Source of the DNA: Candidatus Hermodarchaeota archaeon
GTDB taxonomy: Archaea > Asgardarchaeota > Lokiarchaeia > Sigyniarchaeales > SOKP01
Assembly (NCBI GenBank): GCA_048885925.1
Contig: JBHLLG010000001.1
Span: 99,105-163,104 of the forward strand
Direction: 5' to 3'
Length of the DNA stretch: 64,000 nt
The notes beneath the pieces were generated by a model. It was not told the origin of the DNA and made no database searches. It saw only the letters and a list, made by a program, of their open reading frames with translations. Below are positions 20,034 to 29,372 of this stretch, piece by piece. Within the stretch, counting starts at the first letter, position 1. Each line of letters opens with the position of its first letter. Position numbers and translations under genes: made by a program.

Positions 20034-21923
20034 TTAAATGATATGAGTTGGTTCCTTTTTAATTCCTAGTCTTTGGAGTGTTTCTTCTTTAGGAACTCCG
20101 TTTTTATCCCAACCATGGAGGTTATAATAATCATTGAGCATTTGTTCAAATTTCTCTCTGTCGATTTTTAAACCTTTTACTCGTGGTAATCCTATAGGGG
20201 TTGGTTCTTCGAAATATCTTTCTGGTAATATATCATCTTTTCTTGAAAAACCTTCTCTTATATTAAACATTCTTTCAAGAGTGTAAATCCTTTCACCAAT
20301 ATCCATAAGTTGAGAGCTTGAAAACAGCATACCAGTAGCTAGATGGATTAATTTTGAAAATTCCTTCCATTTTGGAGCATGAACAGCTAAAAATACTGTT
20401 TGAAATTTACATGTACCAATTGAATCAGTAACTGCATACAAGAGTTCTTGCCACCATACCATACGACTCTTCCCTTCATATGATCGATAATCTGAAGACA
20501 TTTTTCCTCCGTATATTTCCTCTAAAAAATCCTCTGGGAGCCCATATAGATCAATAGCTGGGCGTCCTCTCAAATGATCTGCTCCTCTAGTTGATGTAGC
20601 AATATTTAAAGCTAAACTGGGTGTAGGACGTTCATCTGAATGTAAATTACTCATACCTTTTACTTCAATAGCATAATACCTCGACTCTTCCCCTAGTTTA
20701 GGGATAGCAATCTTGAATCCGTCAGCCAGTATATCACCGAAGCCTTCACGATAAGCAATTTTTCGAATAAGTTCATAAAGAACCTCTTCATTACCCCATT
20801 CAAGTTTAAGTCCATCTGTCACTTTTTCAGTTAGTATTCCCTTTTCATACAATTCCATTGCCCAAGCAATAAGTCCTCCAGTTTCTAATGTATCCAAACC
20901 ATATTTGTTAACTAAATGATTTGCTATAAGAATAGTCTCCATATTTTTGCAATCCACCATCGTACCAAATGCTCCTAAAGAAGTATATTCCGGTCCTTCT
21001 GCAAAAAAAGGAGCAAAAGTACCTTCTTTCAAAGTATATCGATGGCGACAACTTACTGGGCACCCATAACAACCCGACATTCCAATTGTATATTTATCCA
21101 TTTCTTCAGGTTCGATATCCCAACCTTGTTCTAATTGATTTAATTGAAAATTTTTAGTTCGAATCAATCCTGTAGTATTTGTTGTACTATATATTACAAG
21201 AGTACCCCACTTAGATGCTGCTCTAGAATATCTGTTCTTCATTACCATGTCAATCATTTCTTTACAATAAGTTAAAAGTTCCTCGGGGTAAGCAAATGTG
21301 ATATCCATAGTTCCGCGAGCTGCTATTGCTTTTAGATTCTTTGAACCCATAACGCAGCCCATACCAGTACGTCCAGCAGAATTTTTCATTCCCGTTCTTA
21401 TATTAGCAAAACGTACAAGATTTTCTCCCGCACATCCTATTACTATAGATTTGATTTCTTCGTCTCCATGATCTGAACGTATCAAATTTTGTGTTTCAAA
21501 TGTATCTTTTCCCCACAGATGCTTTGCATCTAATATTTCTATTTCTCCATCATGTATCCAAAGATAACTCGGTTTCTCCGCTTTTCCTTTAATAACTAAA
21601 TGATCAAATCCAGCCATTCTCATTTCTGGTGCAAAGAATCCTCCTATATTTGAATCACCTATAGCACCTGTTATAGGGGATTTTGCTGCAATATCACATC
21701 TTCCACTCCCCATTGCGGGGATTCCAGTAAGTAAACCTGCACCTATGAGTAATACATTTTCAGGACTCAAAGGATCAATTCCAGGTGAAAGATGATTATA
21801 GAGAAGATACATATTTATCCCTCTCCCTCCTAAAAGTTGCTCTCGAATTGATTTTGGAATTGATTTTTTTGTTACTTGCCCAATGGATAAATCAATATAA
21901 GCAATTTGTTTATTCCAAACTAT
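20034..21923 (-). CDS. aor: Tungsten-containing aldehyde:ferredoxin oxidoreductase (AOR family); probable ATA start
   Basis: KSPITG..GDSNIGG, AGENLVRFA, GRTGMGCVMGSKNLKAI, CYGCPVSC, EGPEY, RGADH, DSIGTC. The upstream open frame encodes WNKQIAYIDLS...LLGGRG (AOR N-terminus) after an AGGTGA SD. Confidence 0.9.
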   Translation of the reverse strand: MVWNKQIAYIDLSIGQVTKKSIPKSIREQLLGGRGINMYLLYNHLSPGIDPLSPENVLLIGAGLLTGIPAMGSGRCDIAAKSPITGAIGDSNIGGFFAPEMRMAGFDHLVIKGKAEKPSYLWIHDGEIEILDAKHLWGKDTFETQNLIRSDHGDEEIKSIVIGCAGENLVRFANIRTGMKNSAGRTGMGCVMGSKNLKAIAARGTMDITFAYPEELLTYCKEMIDMVMKNRYSRAASKWGTLVIYSTTNTTGLIRTKNFQLNQLEQGWDIEPEEMDKYTIGMSGCYGCPVSCRHRYTLKEGTFAPFFAEGPEYTSLGAFGTMVDCKNMETILIANHLVNKYGLDTLETGGLIAWAMELYEKGILTEKVTDGLKLEWGNEEVLYELIRKIAYREGFGDILADGFKIAIPKLGEESRYYAIEVKGMSNLHSDERPTPSLALNIATSTRGADHLRGRPAIDLYGLPEDFLEEIYGGKMSSDYRSYEGKSRMVWWQELLYAVTDSIGTCKFQTVFLAVHAPKWKEFSKLIHLATGMLFSSSQLMDIGERIYTLERMFNIREGFSRKDDILPERYFEEPTPIGLPRVKGLKIDREKFEQMLNDYYNLHGWDKNGVPKEETLQRLGIKKEPTHII

Positions 21924-21984
21924 TCTTATTCACCTTTATCTCTTAAAATCGTTTTGTTGCAAATCAGTGTGCTTTTCGATGAGA

Positions 21985-22000
21985 TGGGAATATGTACCCA
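21985..22000. promoter_or_regulatory. Candidate operator TGGG-N8-CCCA upstream of aor operon
   Basis: TGGGAATATGTACCCA; matches boxes at 33738-33753 and 51357-51372. Confidence 0.5.
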
Positions 22001-22262
22001 CATATACTTCAGAATTGAAATCAGAATTAATTTTAATATTAGAATTCACTTGTAAAATTAAAAAGTTTTTACTTTTTATTTAAGTTATCCATTAGTTTTA
22101 AATATTTCAACGAAAACTAATAAGTAATGAATTATATTAAAATAACATAAGAGAACTCATTTAACTACAATTTTACAATTAAGAAATCATTAGAATGAGT
22201 ATTTAATCCTTAAACACAACTTAATTAACAAATAATACTTTACATTTAAATGTGATTTTTAT

Positions 22263-22418
22263 ATGACTGAAGAACCTCAATGTAGGTGCATGAATTGTCT
22301 TGAACGTTTTCCAGTTCAACCAAATGCCAAAGAAGCAACTTGTCCTCACTGTAATGTTAAATATAGAATATCTTGGCCATGGCCAGGTCAACCAAAAGTT
22401 CGAGGATTAGCAAAGTAA
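22263..22418 (+). CDS. 51-aa zinc-ribbon microprotein (not in ORF track)
   Basis: MTEEPQCRCMNCLERFPVQPNAKEATCPHCNVKYRISWPWPGQPKVRGLAK; two CxxC knuckles; higher GC than flanks. Confidence 0.8.
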   Translation: MTEEPQCRCMNCLERFPVQPNAKEATCPHCNVKYRISWPWPGQPKVRGLAK

Positions 22419-22425
22419 GGCTAAA

Positions 22426-23985
22426 TCATTTAAAATTCATTGATAATTCAAGTAATTCTGTAATATCATAGATTTTTAATAATTTATTAGTAAGGCCTTT
22501 AGTTCGAGAAGCAAAACGGAAATTTAGCTGGCATTGCGGGCATGCTGTTGTTAGAATGTTAACATTTGTAGGAATAAAATCCTCTTTTATTTTTGTTTGA
22601 GTTGATTCTATACTTACTTCATTATTAAATGTCCAAAGTCCACCTCCACCTCCACAACACCGAGCACAATTTCTATTTAATGGCATCTCTATCAGCTTAA
22701 GTTTGGGTATTGCTTTTAATATATTACGAGGAGGATCGTAGACATTACTATGTCTTCCAAGTGAACAGGGATCATGATAAGTAACACTTAGATCCAAAGG
22801 TTTAAGCTCAACGTTTTCACATTTTATCAACTTCTCAAAAAATTGAGTGGTATGTAATATTTTGCAGGGCATCTCAATATCTAAAATCTCAGGAAAAAGT
22901 CTTGTAAAAGTGTAATAACAACCAGAACACGGAGTTATAAGAGTCTCTGCTTTAGTTTTTTCAACTCTTTCAATAACACTTAACGCAACTTTTTTTGCTT
23001 GTTCCCATAAGCCTGCAGAAATTAAAACATAACCACAACATCCCTCTTTTTGTCCTAACATTGAAAAATCAATGTCAATATGATTTAAAATATTGACAAG
23101 AGATAGAGCTGTTTTAGGAGTCCGAGTTGCAACAGTACAACCTAACCAAAAAAGATTTTCTGCTTTTTCTGGTAATTTCAAATTAGAATAATTTTTTACC
23201 CTTGAAAGTCGACGGGTAGCAGGTATACCACTAGGATCTCCATGCCTAAAAATGTTGCTAGAAGCTGTATGAAAAATTTGTGGAACTAAATTATTTTCAG
23301 CTATTTTACACCTTATAAAAAGTATAGCTTCATGAAATTCTAAATCTTGATAGCATTGAGCAAAACAAAGACCACATTTCGTGCAATTGTATAAAATGTC
23401 AACAATCTTCTGCGTAAGATTTAAATCACCTTTCATTATACCTCTAGTTACGAGCATTCTTCCTTTCGAGGAATACGTTTCAACGCCATTAAAAGATGGA
23501 TTTACTGTGCAATAGCCACTACATGTTGTACACTTTTGACATTTATTTAAGATTTTCCCTAATAGTAAATTCTGGGCTGCTGATGCAAGGTTTCTATATG
23601 TTCCATACCCTCTTATAGGAAACATTTTTAAAGTTGTGATATAATCCTCTTTTTGATCGGTTTCACTCAAACAACTTTCGAGTCGAGGTATTTCCACATT
23701 ATCTAATAAAATTATAGGTTTAGAAGCTCCGTTTATATTTTGTTTAATTTTTTTACCTCTCTCAATTAAAATTAGGTCCTCTTTTTTGGCGAATTTTTTT
23801 AACTTATTTTCTTCAGATAAAGAGGAAGTTCTAACCACAATATCAGGTTTTACGTAATTCTGATCTAAAAATAATTTTTCAAAAGAATACACATAGAGAT
23901 CCTCTAAATCTGTTAAAATTTGGCCCTCTTCTAAAATCCGATTTATATTTTCGATAATTTCATTTTTAGAATTCATTCGTTTCAC
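22426..23985 (-). CDS. Fe-S oxidoreductase, HdrD/GlcF-like (2 ferredoxin motifs + 2 CCG domains)
   Basis: CTTCSGYC, CTKCGLCFAQC, EGCCG, TPCSGC, YHDPCSLGR, CCGGGGG, TACPQC. Confidence 0.85.
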   Translation of the reverse strand: MKRMNSKNEIIENINRILEEGQILTDLEDLYVYSFEKLFLDQNYVKPDIVVRTSSLSEENKLKKFAKKEDLILIERGKKIKQNINGASKPIILLDNVEIPRLESCLSETDQKEDYITTLKMFPIRGYGTYRNLASAAQNLLLGKILNKCQKCTTCSGYCTVNPSFNGVETYSSKGRMLVTRGIMKGDLNLTQKIVDILYNCTKCGLCFAQCYQDLEFHEAILFIRCKIAENNLVPQIFHTASSNIFRHGDPSGIPATRRLSRVKNYSNLKLPEKAENLFWLGCTVATRTPKTALSLVNILNHIDIDFSMLGQKEGCCGYVLISAGLWEQAKKVALSVIERVEKTKAETLITPCSGCYYTFTRLFPEILDIEMPCKILHTTQFFEKLIKCENVELKPLDLSVTYHDPCSLGRHSNVYDPPRNILKAIPKLKLIEMPLNRNCARCCGGGGGLWTFNNEVSIESTQTKIKEDFIPTNVNILTTACPQCQLNFRFASRTKGLTNKLLKIYDITELLELSMNFK

Positions 23986-24106
23986 TTCAATTAAGAGGAA
24001 ATAATGCTTTACTTGAAAATATTAATTAAAAATTTTTAAACTTGTGATTAATCTTTATAATTCTATTGAATAAAATTTTTAACACCAATAGAATATTAAA
24101 GACTTA

Positions 24107-24388
24107 ATGGCAAATGTCATATTAAAATTAATGACCATTTTTTCTACTGATGTTGGAGTATCAGAGATTCAATATTCCGGTGTTGATAAATTAGGTGATG
24201 TAATAGATCTATTTATGAATAAGTATGGAAACAAAATACGTAAAAGTTTTATAAACAAAAAAGGAAAATTAGAAAGTCATGTTGTGATTTTGGTCAATGG
24301 GAGGAATTATTTATTTTTAGAGGAGTTAAACACAAAATTAAAAGATGGAGATCAAATAGTTATATCTCCTCCTTTAGTTGGGGGATAA
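24107..24388 (+). CDS. MoaD/SAMP-family sulfur carrier (beta-grasp, C-terminal GG)
   Basis: ILVNGRN, LNTKLKDGDQIVISPPLVGG; lies near W-AOR. Confidence 0.9.
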   Translation: MANVILKLMTIFSTDVGVSEIQYSGVDKLGDVIDLFMNKYGNKIRKSFINKKGKLESHVVILVNGRNYLFLEELNTKLKDGDQIVISPPLVGG

Positions 24389-24418
24389 TATCTAATAAAG
24401 AAATCCCAAAACGTTTAA

Positions 24419-24889
24419 TTATAGAATCAGCAAATTTACCCAATCTGCCACGAGAGCTGGTTTTGTCTGGCCCTTAATTTCGATCGTATGATGTGAAGTA
24501 AATTTCATACCTTGTTTTACTAATTCAACTTTTGAGATATATGACACATCTCGAATATACGCTCCAACAGGAACAGCGGATATAAATCTAATTTTATCAA
24601 ATCCATAATTAAGAATTGCTTTCGCATCTGTAACGTAAAATTGCATTGAATCTCTTTGACCATCTTGTAAAGTAAAGAAACCTAACATAGACAAAACAAA
24701 GAATCCATGAGCCACAGTTTCCCCGTAAATTGACTTTTTTGCTTTTTCAGGATTTATATGAATATATTGATGATCTTTAGTGAGATCAGCAAACTTATTT
24801 ATTTCTTCCTGAGTTACTTGGTACCAACTTGTAACAAACTCTTTTCCAATATAATTTTTTATCTCAATGGCTTTTATCTGATTTACCAT
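24419..24889 (-). CDS. MaoC-family (hot-dog) enoyl-CoA hydratase/dehydratase
   Basis: FADLTKDHQYIH, TVAHGF, NYGFDKIRFISAVPVG. Confidence 0.88.
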   Translation of the reverse strand: MVNQIKAIEIKNYIGKEFVTSWYQVTQEEINKFADLTKDHQYIHINPEKAKKSIYGETVAHGFFVLSMLGFFTLQDGQRDSMQFYVTDAKAILNYGFDKIRFISAVPVGAYIRDVSYISKVELVKQGMKFTSHHTIEIKGQTKPALVADWVNLLIL

Positions 24890-25022
24890 GATTTTTCTCT
24901 CAATATAAGATATTTTTTATTCATTTGCTTTTTTATTCTAAACTCAAGTTTCAAAATCTTTTATTAACAATTCTTTAAAAATTATTCTTAACAAATTTGA
25001 GATTTGTTTTTGATAGCGCAAA

Positions 25023-26249
25023 TTAACCTTCTTCAAGTTGTTCTATAAAAGCCTCTATACTTGTTCTTGATTGTTCATCAGAAACACACCTTAGATCATT
25101 TAGATCTCCATTTATGATTAGATTCGGAATATTTATCTCTTTTTCAAGTCTTTGTGGCATTCCATAGCGAGAGTTTGTATTATGCGGACAAGTTTTAGCA
25201 TCATGGAAAATGATACCATCAACTTTAAAGAAATCCGTCATCCTCCGAATATATTTTTCTTTATATTCATCTGAGCGGACGATAAATAATTCAGTATAGG
25301 CTTTTGCCATGCTCCTAAAAGGATCATTTTCACTAAAAGCTGAAAATATCCAACTATTGCAGTAAGTTGAAGCAACTACGCATGTTTTAAGACTAGCAAA
25401 CAATTCAGAATAGTGTTTTAATCTTCCCCAAATTGGCATTCCTTCCCAATAAAGCCTAAAACGTTCGTCTTCAACAGCTCCAACGTTGCTTTCTATTCTT
25501 TGTTGAAGTTCTGCTAATAAAATATTGTAATAATCTACCGCCTGTTGAGTTCCTCTCATAACGACAGCAGGAGCCATATGAATAGTTCCATCAAAGAATG
25601 TAAATGGCGAAGGTATAGTAGCTGCAGTGTCTAAAACTTTTTTCCAAAGCTCCGAACATTCACGAGAAAGTGATACAACTTCTCTTAGTTTATTAAGGTC
25701 AAATTTAATTGTTGAAAATGGTTCCAATTGTTGAACCAGCTGTTCCATCTGCTGTGATATAAACATCATATGTCCATCTGTAATTTCACCTATAGTTCTT
25801 GGTGTAGAAATACCCATAAGTGGTACTTTAAATTCATTAGCAAACCAGTTAAACCAATCTTGAACCTCTCGACATTGGTTTGTGTTGAAAACTAATACAT
25901 CTGGTTTTGGGATGCTTTTAATATCTGGATATACTTTAGATAATGGAGTTAATTGTTTTAAATAAGCACCTATGTCAGCAGTAAGATAAGAACAGATTTC
26001 AGGTGAATATCCTATTGCATTAGCATAAGGAATTAAATCTGTAGCCATTCTAGAGGCACCTAACATCGCACTATGGTTCTCTGGGAAATAAACTTTAAAA
26101 TCTAGACTTCTTAATATTTCTGCTGGACCAACACTGGAACACCAAGCAACCTTCTTATTATCACTTTTAGAAGCTTGATCTAATTCATGATAATAATCAG
26201 ACATTATTTGTCCTAATTGTTTCGCAGCCTTTATTTCCTTTCTAAGCAT
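25023..26249 (-). CDS. 2-hydroxyacyl-CoA dehydratase/benzoyl-CoA reductase family subunit (HgdAB-like)
   Basis: FPENH, ICSY, NQCRE, RLYWEGMPIW, DGIIFHDAKTC, RTSIEAFIEQL. Confidence 0.88.
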   Translation of the reverse strand: MLRKEIKAAKQLGQIMSDYYHELDQASKSDNKKVAWCSSVGPAEILRSLDFKVYFPENHSAMLGASRMATDLIPYANAIGYSPEICSYLTADIGAYLKQLTPLSKVYPDIKSIPKPDVLVFNTNQCREVQDWFNWFANEFKVPLMGISTPRTIGEITDGHMMFISQQMEQLVQQLEPFSTIKFDLNKLREVVSLSRECSELWKKVLDTAATIPSPFTFFDGTIHMAPAVVMRGTQQAVDYYNILLAELQQRIESNVGAVEDERFRLYWEGMPIWGRLKHYSELFASLKTCVVASTYCNSWIFSAFSENDPFRSMAKAYTELFIVRSDEYKEKYIRRMTDFFKVDGIIFHDAKTCPHNTNSRYGMPQRLEKEINIPNLIINGDLNDLRCVSDEQSRTSIEAFIEQLEEG

Positions 26250-26308
26250 TCAAGAAACCTAATATTTAATTTAAATAAATGCGAAAAAAATAAATTTAAG
26301 ATTATACT

Positions 26309-27532
26309 TTAATCTACTTTTACTTCTAAAATTAGGGCCGCACCAGTATCACCAGCAGCACAACCATCTGCGAGACCGTATCCTCCGCCTTTCTCCACAA
26401 GTTCTTCAATCAATTCTATTATAATTCTCAACATTGTAGGTGCTTGAGGATGACCGAATATTAGGGAGCTTCCATAATTATTCATATTCTTCCAATCAAC
26501 ATCCATCTCTCTAGAGAAATATATGTCGTTGACTGCAAAAGGATTATGTGTTTTAATTACAGATATATCAGCTATGGAAATCCCCGCATTTTCTAATGCT
26601 TTCTTTGCAGCAGGAACTATCGCCATAGCCATATAGCCTTTTTTTGTTTTGTGATCTCCGTATGAAACAACTCTAATTTCAACATTTTCTCTCTTCCTTA
26701 ATTTTTCTGCTTTTTCTTTTGTAGTTACAATGATGCCACAATTACCATCTGCTGGATGGGTTTGAGTTCCAAAAGTTATTGTACCATTTGGGAGTACCGG
26801 CTGAAGTTTAGTAAGTCCTTCCATGGTAGTAGGGTAAATACCTTCATCTCCTTTTACAGTAGCTAAAACCTTTCTACCAGATCGATCTTTTACCTCAATT
26901 GGTAATATCATATACTTTTTTTGGAATGCTTGATCATCTTTCAATGAATCTTGATATTGATTATAACGAAATAGAGTGAGCTTATCTTGTTCTTCTTTGG
27001 TAATTCCGACTTCTTTAGCAACATTCTCACCTGTTTCGATCATCGCATTTTTAGCATAAGGATCATAACCAAAATTATCCCATACCCAATTTTCTGAATC
27101 TAAAGTGCTCCCAGGTGCTTGAGGATTGGGATATGCCAGATGAGGTCCATTGGAACATCGGTCTGCACACACTACAAGAACATTATGATTAATTCCTGTC
27201 TCTATATGTTGAGCTGCTATTGAGACAGAATTGGTTCCAGTAGCACATGCTTGACTGATAATTGGTCCCGTAGTTACTTCTGCTCCAATCATACTTGCTA
27301 ACCATGGCCCTCCATAAAAACAATTAAGTTGTGGGATTGTTAAACCAAATATAAGTTGATCGAATTCTTTAGAAGAAATCTTTCTTTCATTTAAAAATCG
27401 AGTAGTAATTTCTGCCGCAAACTTTATAGCATGGAGATTTTGAAAACTCATTTGCCATCTTGAAAAAGGTGTACTCCAATACTGTCCATAAGGAATATAA
27501 GCTTTTTTAAAAGACATTTTTCTAATAACCAA
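26309..27532 (-). CDS. Thiolase (candidate 3-oxopimeloyl-CoA thiolase)
   Basis: QACATG catalytic Cys, KTHNPF, GSSLIFGHPQAPT, GCAAGDTG; IPYGxYWSTPF N-terminus that I associate from memory with thiolases of benzoyl-CoA clusters. Confidence 0.85.
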   Translation of the reverse strand: MVIRKMSFKKAYIPYGQYWSTPFSRWQMSFQNLHAIKFAAEITTRFLNERKISSKEFDQLIFGLTIPQLNCFYGGPWLASMIGAEVTTGPIISQACATGTNSVSIAAQHIETGINHNVLVVCADRCSNGPHLAYPNPQAPGSTLDSENWVWDNFGYDPYAKNAMIETGENVAKEVGITKEEQDKLTLFRYNQYQDSLKDDQAFQKKYMILPIEVKDRSGRKVLATVKGDEGIYPTTMEGLTKLQPVLPNGTITFGTQTHPADGNCGIIVTTKEKAEKLRKRENVEIRVVSYGDHKTKKGYMAMAIVPAAKKALENAGISIADISVIKTHNPFAVNDIYFSREMDVDWKNMNNYGSSLIFGHPQAPTMLRIIIELIEELVEKGGGYGLADGCAAGDTGAALILEVKVD

Positions 27533-27564
27533 ATTTATTATTTAATTAATATTTTGAAACTTTC

Positions 27565-29142
27565 TTATTTATTATTAATTTGAATATTAAATCGTTCTCT
27601 TAATTTTCGGTGTATGACTTTTCCAGAACCAGTTCTAGGCATCTCTTCGGAATGAATGCATAAAAATTTTTTTGGTATCTTAAATCTGGCTAACTTATCC
27701 TCACAATATTGGCGCATTTCTTTATTAAAAGTATCTAAGTCAACTTCTTTATTTAAAACACAACAAGCTGTTACACTTTCTCCCCATTTGTAATCATTCA
27801 ATCCAACTACAGCACATTCTACAACTGAAGGATGTGAGACAACTACTTCCTCTACTTCAGAAGGATAAACATGTTCTCCCCCTGTTATAATCATATTAGC
27901 TTTTCGATCTACTAAATAATAGAATCCATCTTCATCCTTCTTCGCCATATCACCTGCGCTAAAATACTCCCCTTTAAACGACTCCTTAGTTTTTTCTGGT
28001 AGTTTATAATACTTATCAAACATTTGTGGACCACGGGAATAGAGTTCACCAATTTTTCCTATAGCTACAGGATTTCTGTCCTCATCCAGTATTTTTATAT
28101 TATCAGTTCCAATGCATTCTTTTCCGATTGAACCTAATTTATTCATTTGATCTTCAGGTCTAAGAAGTGTTACTAATCCTGCTTCAGTTGAGCCATAGGC
28201 TTCAAAAAGTTTAGTTTTGCTAAAAAGTTTCATAACATCTAATTTCATTTGTTTTGTAGCAGGAGCAGATGAGGTCAATAATGTTGTTATGCTGCTAAGA
28301 TCATATTTTTGTTTAATTTCATCTGGAAGGCTTAATATTAAATTATAATGAGTAGGTATCATTGAAGTAAATGTTATTTTCTCACGATCAATTATTTTCA
28401 ATACCTCCTCAGGTTCAAATTTATATTCTATATGAATATAAACCGGAGCTCCAAGGTAAGTAAATACAAATGAATAAAAAGTAGAATTTACATGAGATAA
28501 TGGCATTAAAATCATACCATAATCTTGAGGAGTGAAAGAAAATTCTGCTTCATTAATTAAGAAAAAGGAGATATAGGAACGATGTGAACGTATAACTCCC
28601 TTTGGTTTCCCTGTTGTGCCAGAAGTATATAGAATTACCCATGTATCCTCTGGATCAACTTTTATAGAAGGATATATATTTTCACCCATTTCTACAAGAT
28701 CTTCAAAATATTTCCAACCTTCTGCCGGTTTATCGGCAATCAAAACGCGTTCTACATCCTCAAATCCCAATTCTATAGCTCTCTCCCATATTTTTTCTGT
28801 CGCTTCATAGAATCTGGATTCTATAAATAACCATTTCGCATCTGAATTATTAATAATAAATGAAATATCATCTGGATGTAAACGAAAATTTAATGGTACA
28901 ACAATAAATCCTCCCTTAGCTGCTGCTACATATAATTCCATAAATTCAATGCAATTATTAGATAATATCGCTACTTTATCCCCTTTTTTTATTCCACTTT
29001 TAAGTATTCCATTAGCAAGTTTATTAGTCCTTTCATTTAATTCTTTAAATGTTAATTGACGTTTTATATCTTTCAGAGCAAGTTTGTTTGGATATTTATT
29101 AGCATTTACATTAATAATTTCGCCAATATTAAGCCATGTCAT
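27565..29142 (-). CDS. Acyl/aryl-CoA ligase (ANL superfamily)
   Basis: YTSGTTGKPKG, EAYGSTE, SAGD, DRKANMIITGGEHVYP, PRTGSGK. Confidence 0.9.
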   Translation of the reverse strand: MTWLNIGEIINVNANKYPNKLALKDIKRQLTFKELNERTNKLANGILKSGIKKGDKVAILSNNCIEFMELYVAAAKGGFIVVPLNFRLHPDDISFIINNSDAKWLFIESRFYEATEKIWERAIELGFEDVERVLIADKPAEGWKYFEDLVEMGENIYPSIKVDPEDTWVILYTSGTTGKPKGVIRSHRSYISFFLINEAEFSFTPQDYGMILMPLSHVNSTFYSFVFTYLGAPVYIHIEYKFEPEEVLKIIDREKITFTSMIPTHYNLILSLPDEIKQKYDLSSITTLLTSSAPATKQMKLDVMKLFSKTKLFEAYGSTEAGLVTLLRPEDQMNKLGSIGKECIGTDNIKILDEDRNPVAIGKIGELYSRGPQMFDKYYKLPEKTKESFKGEYFSAGDMAKKDEDGFYYLVDRKANMIITGGEHVYPSEVEEVVVSHPSVVECAVVGLNDYKWGESVTACCVLNKEVDLDTFNKEMRQYCEDKLARFKIPKKFLCIHSEEMPRTGSGKVIHRKLRERFNIQINNK

Positions 29143-29269
29143 GCAATTATCCTCCTATCATATCCCATTTTGTTTAATTAAACAATTTCTCAGTTTTAAC
29201 GATTTAGAACGATTTTAAAAATATTTTAATCTTATTTTAAACATCAAAGTTATATAAAAAATTTTACCT

Positions 29270-29289
29270 TTTCCCATATTTATGGGAAA
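29270..29289. promoter_or_regulatory. 9-bp inverted repeat in divergent promoter region
   Basis: TTTCCCATA-TT-TATGGGAAA between the CoA-ligase and nitroreductase-like genes; contains TGGGAA half-sites. Confidence 0.4.
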
Positions 29290-29372
29290 TTTCACTGAGA
29301 ATTAATAATCATAAATTTTATTTTAACTAAATATATAATTTCAGTTAAATATGAAAAAGAAATGATAGAAAA

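Noticed and set aside
20034-21923. AOR as BamB (class II W-dependent benzoyl-CoA reductase)
   Set aside because: It has classical AOR features (EGPEY, NKYGLD without the BamB-type Cys as I recall it) and no bamC-I/HdrA genes are nearby; a class I reductase is present instead
24107-24388. GG-ending protein as eukaryote-type ubiquitin
   Set aside because: The LVNGR/DGD..I.PP.GG pattern is MoaD/SAMP-type and fits tungsten-cofactor synthesis for the neighbouring AOR
27565-29142. Specific call as benzoate-CoA ligase
   Set aside because: Only generic ANL motifs are visible; substrate cannot be assigned from sequence by eye
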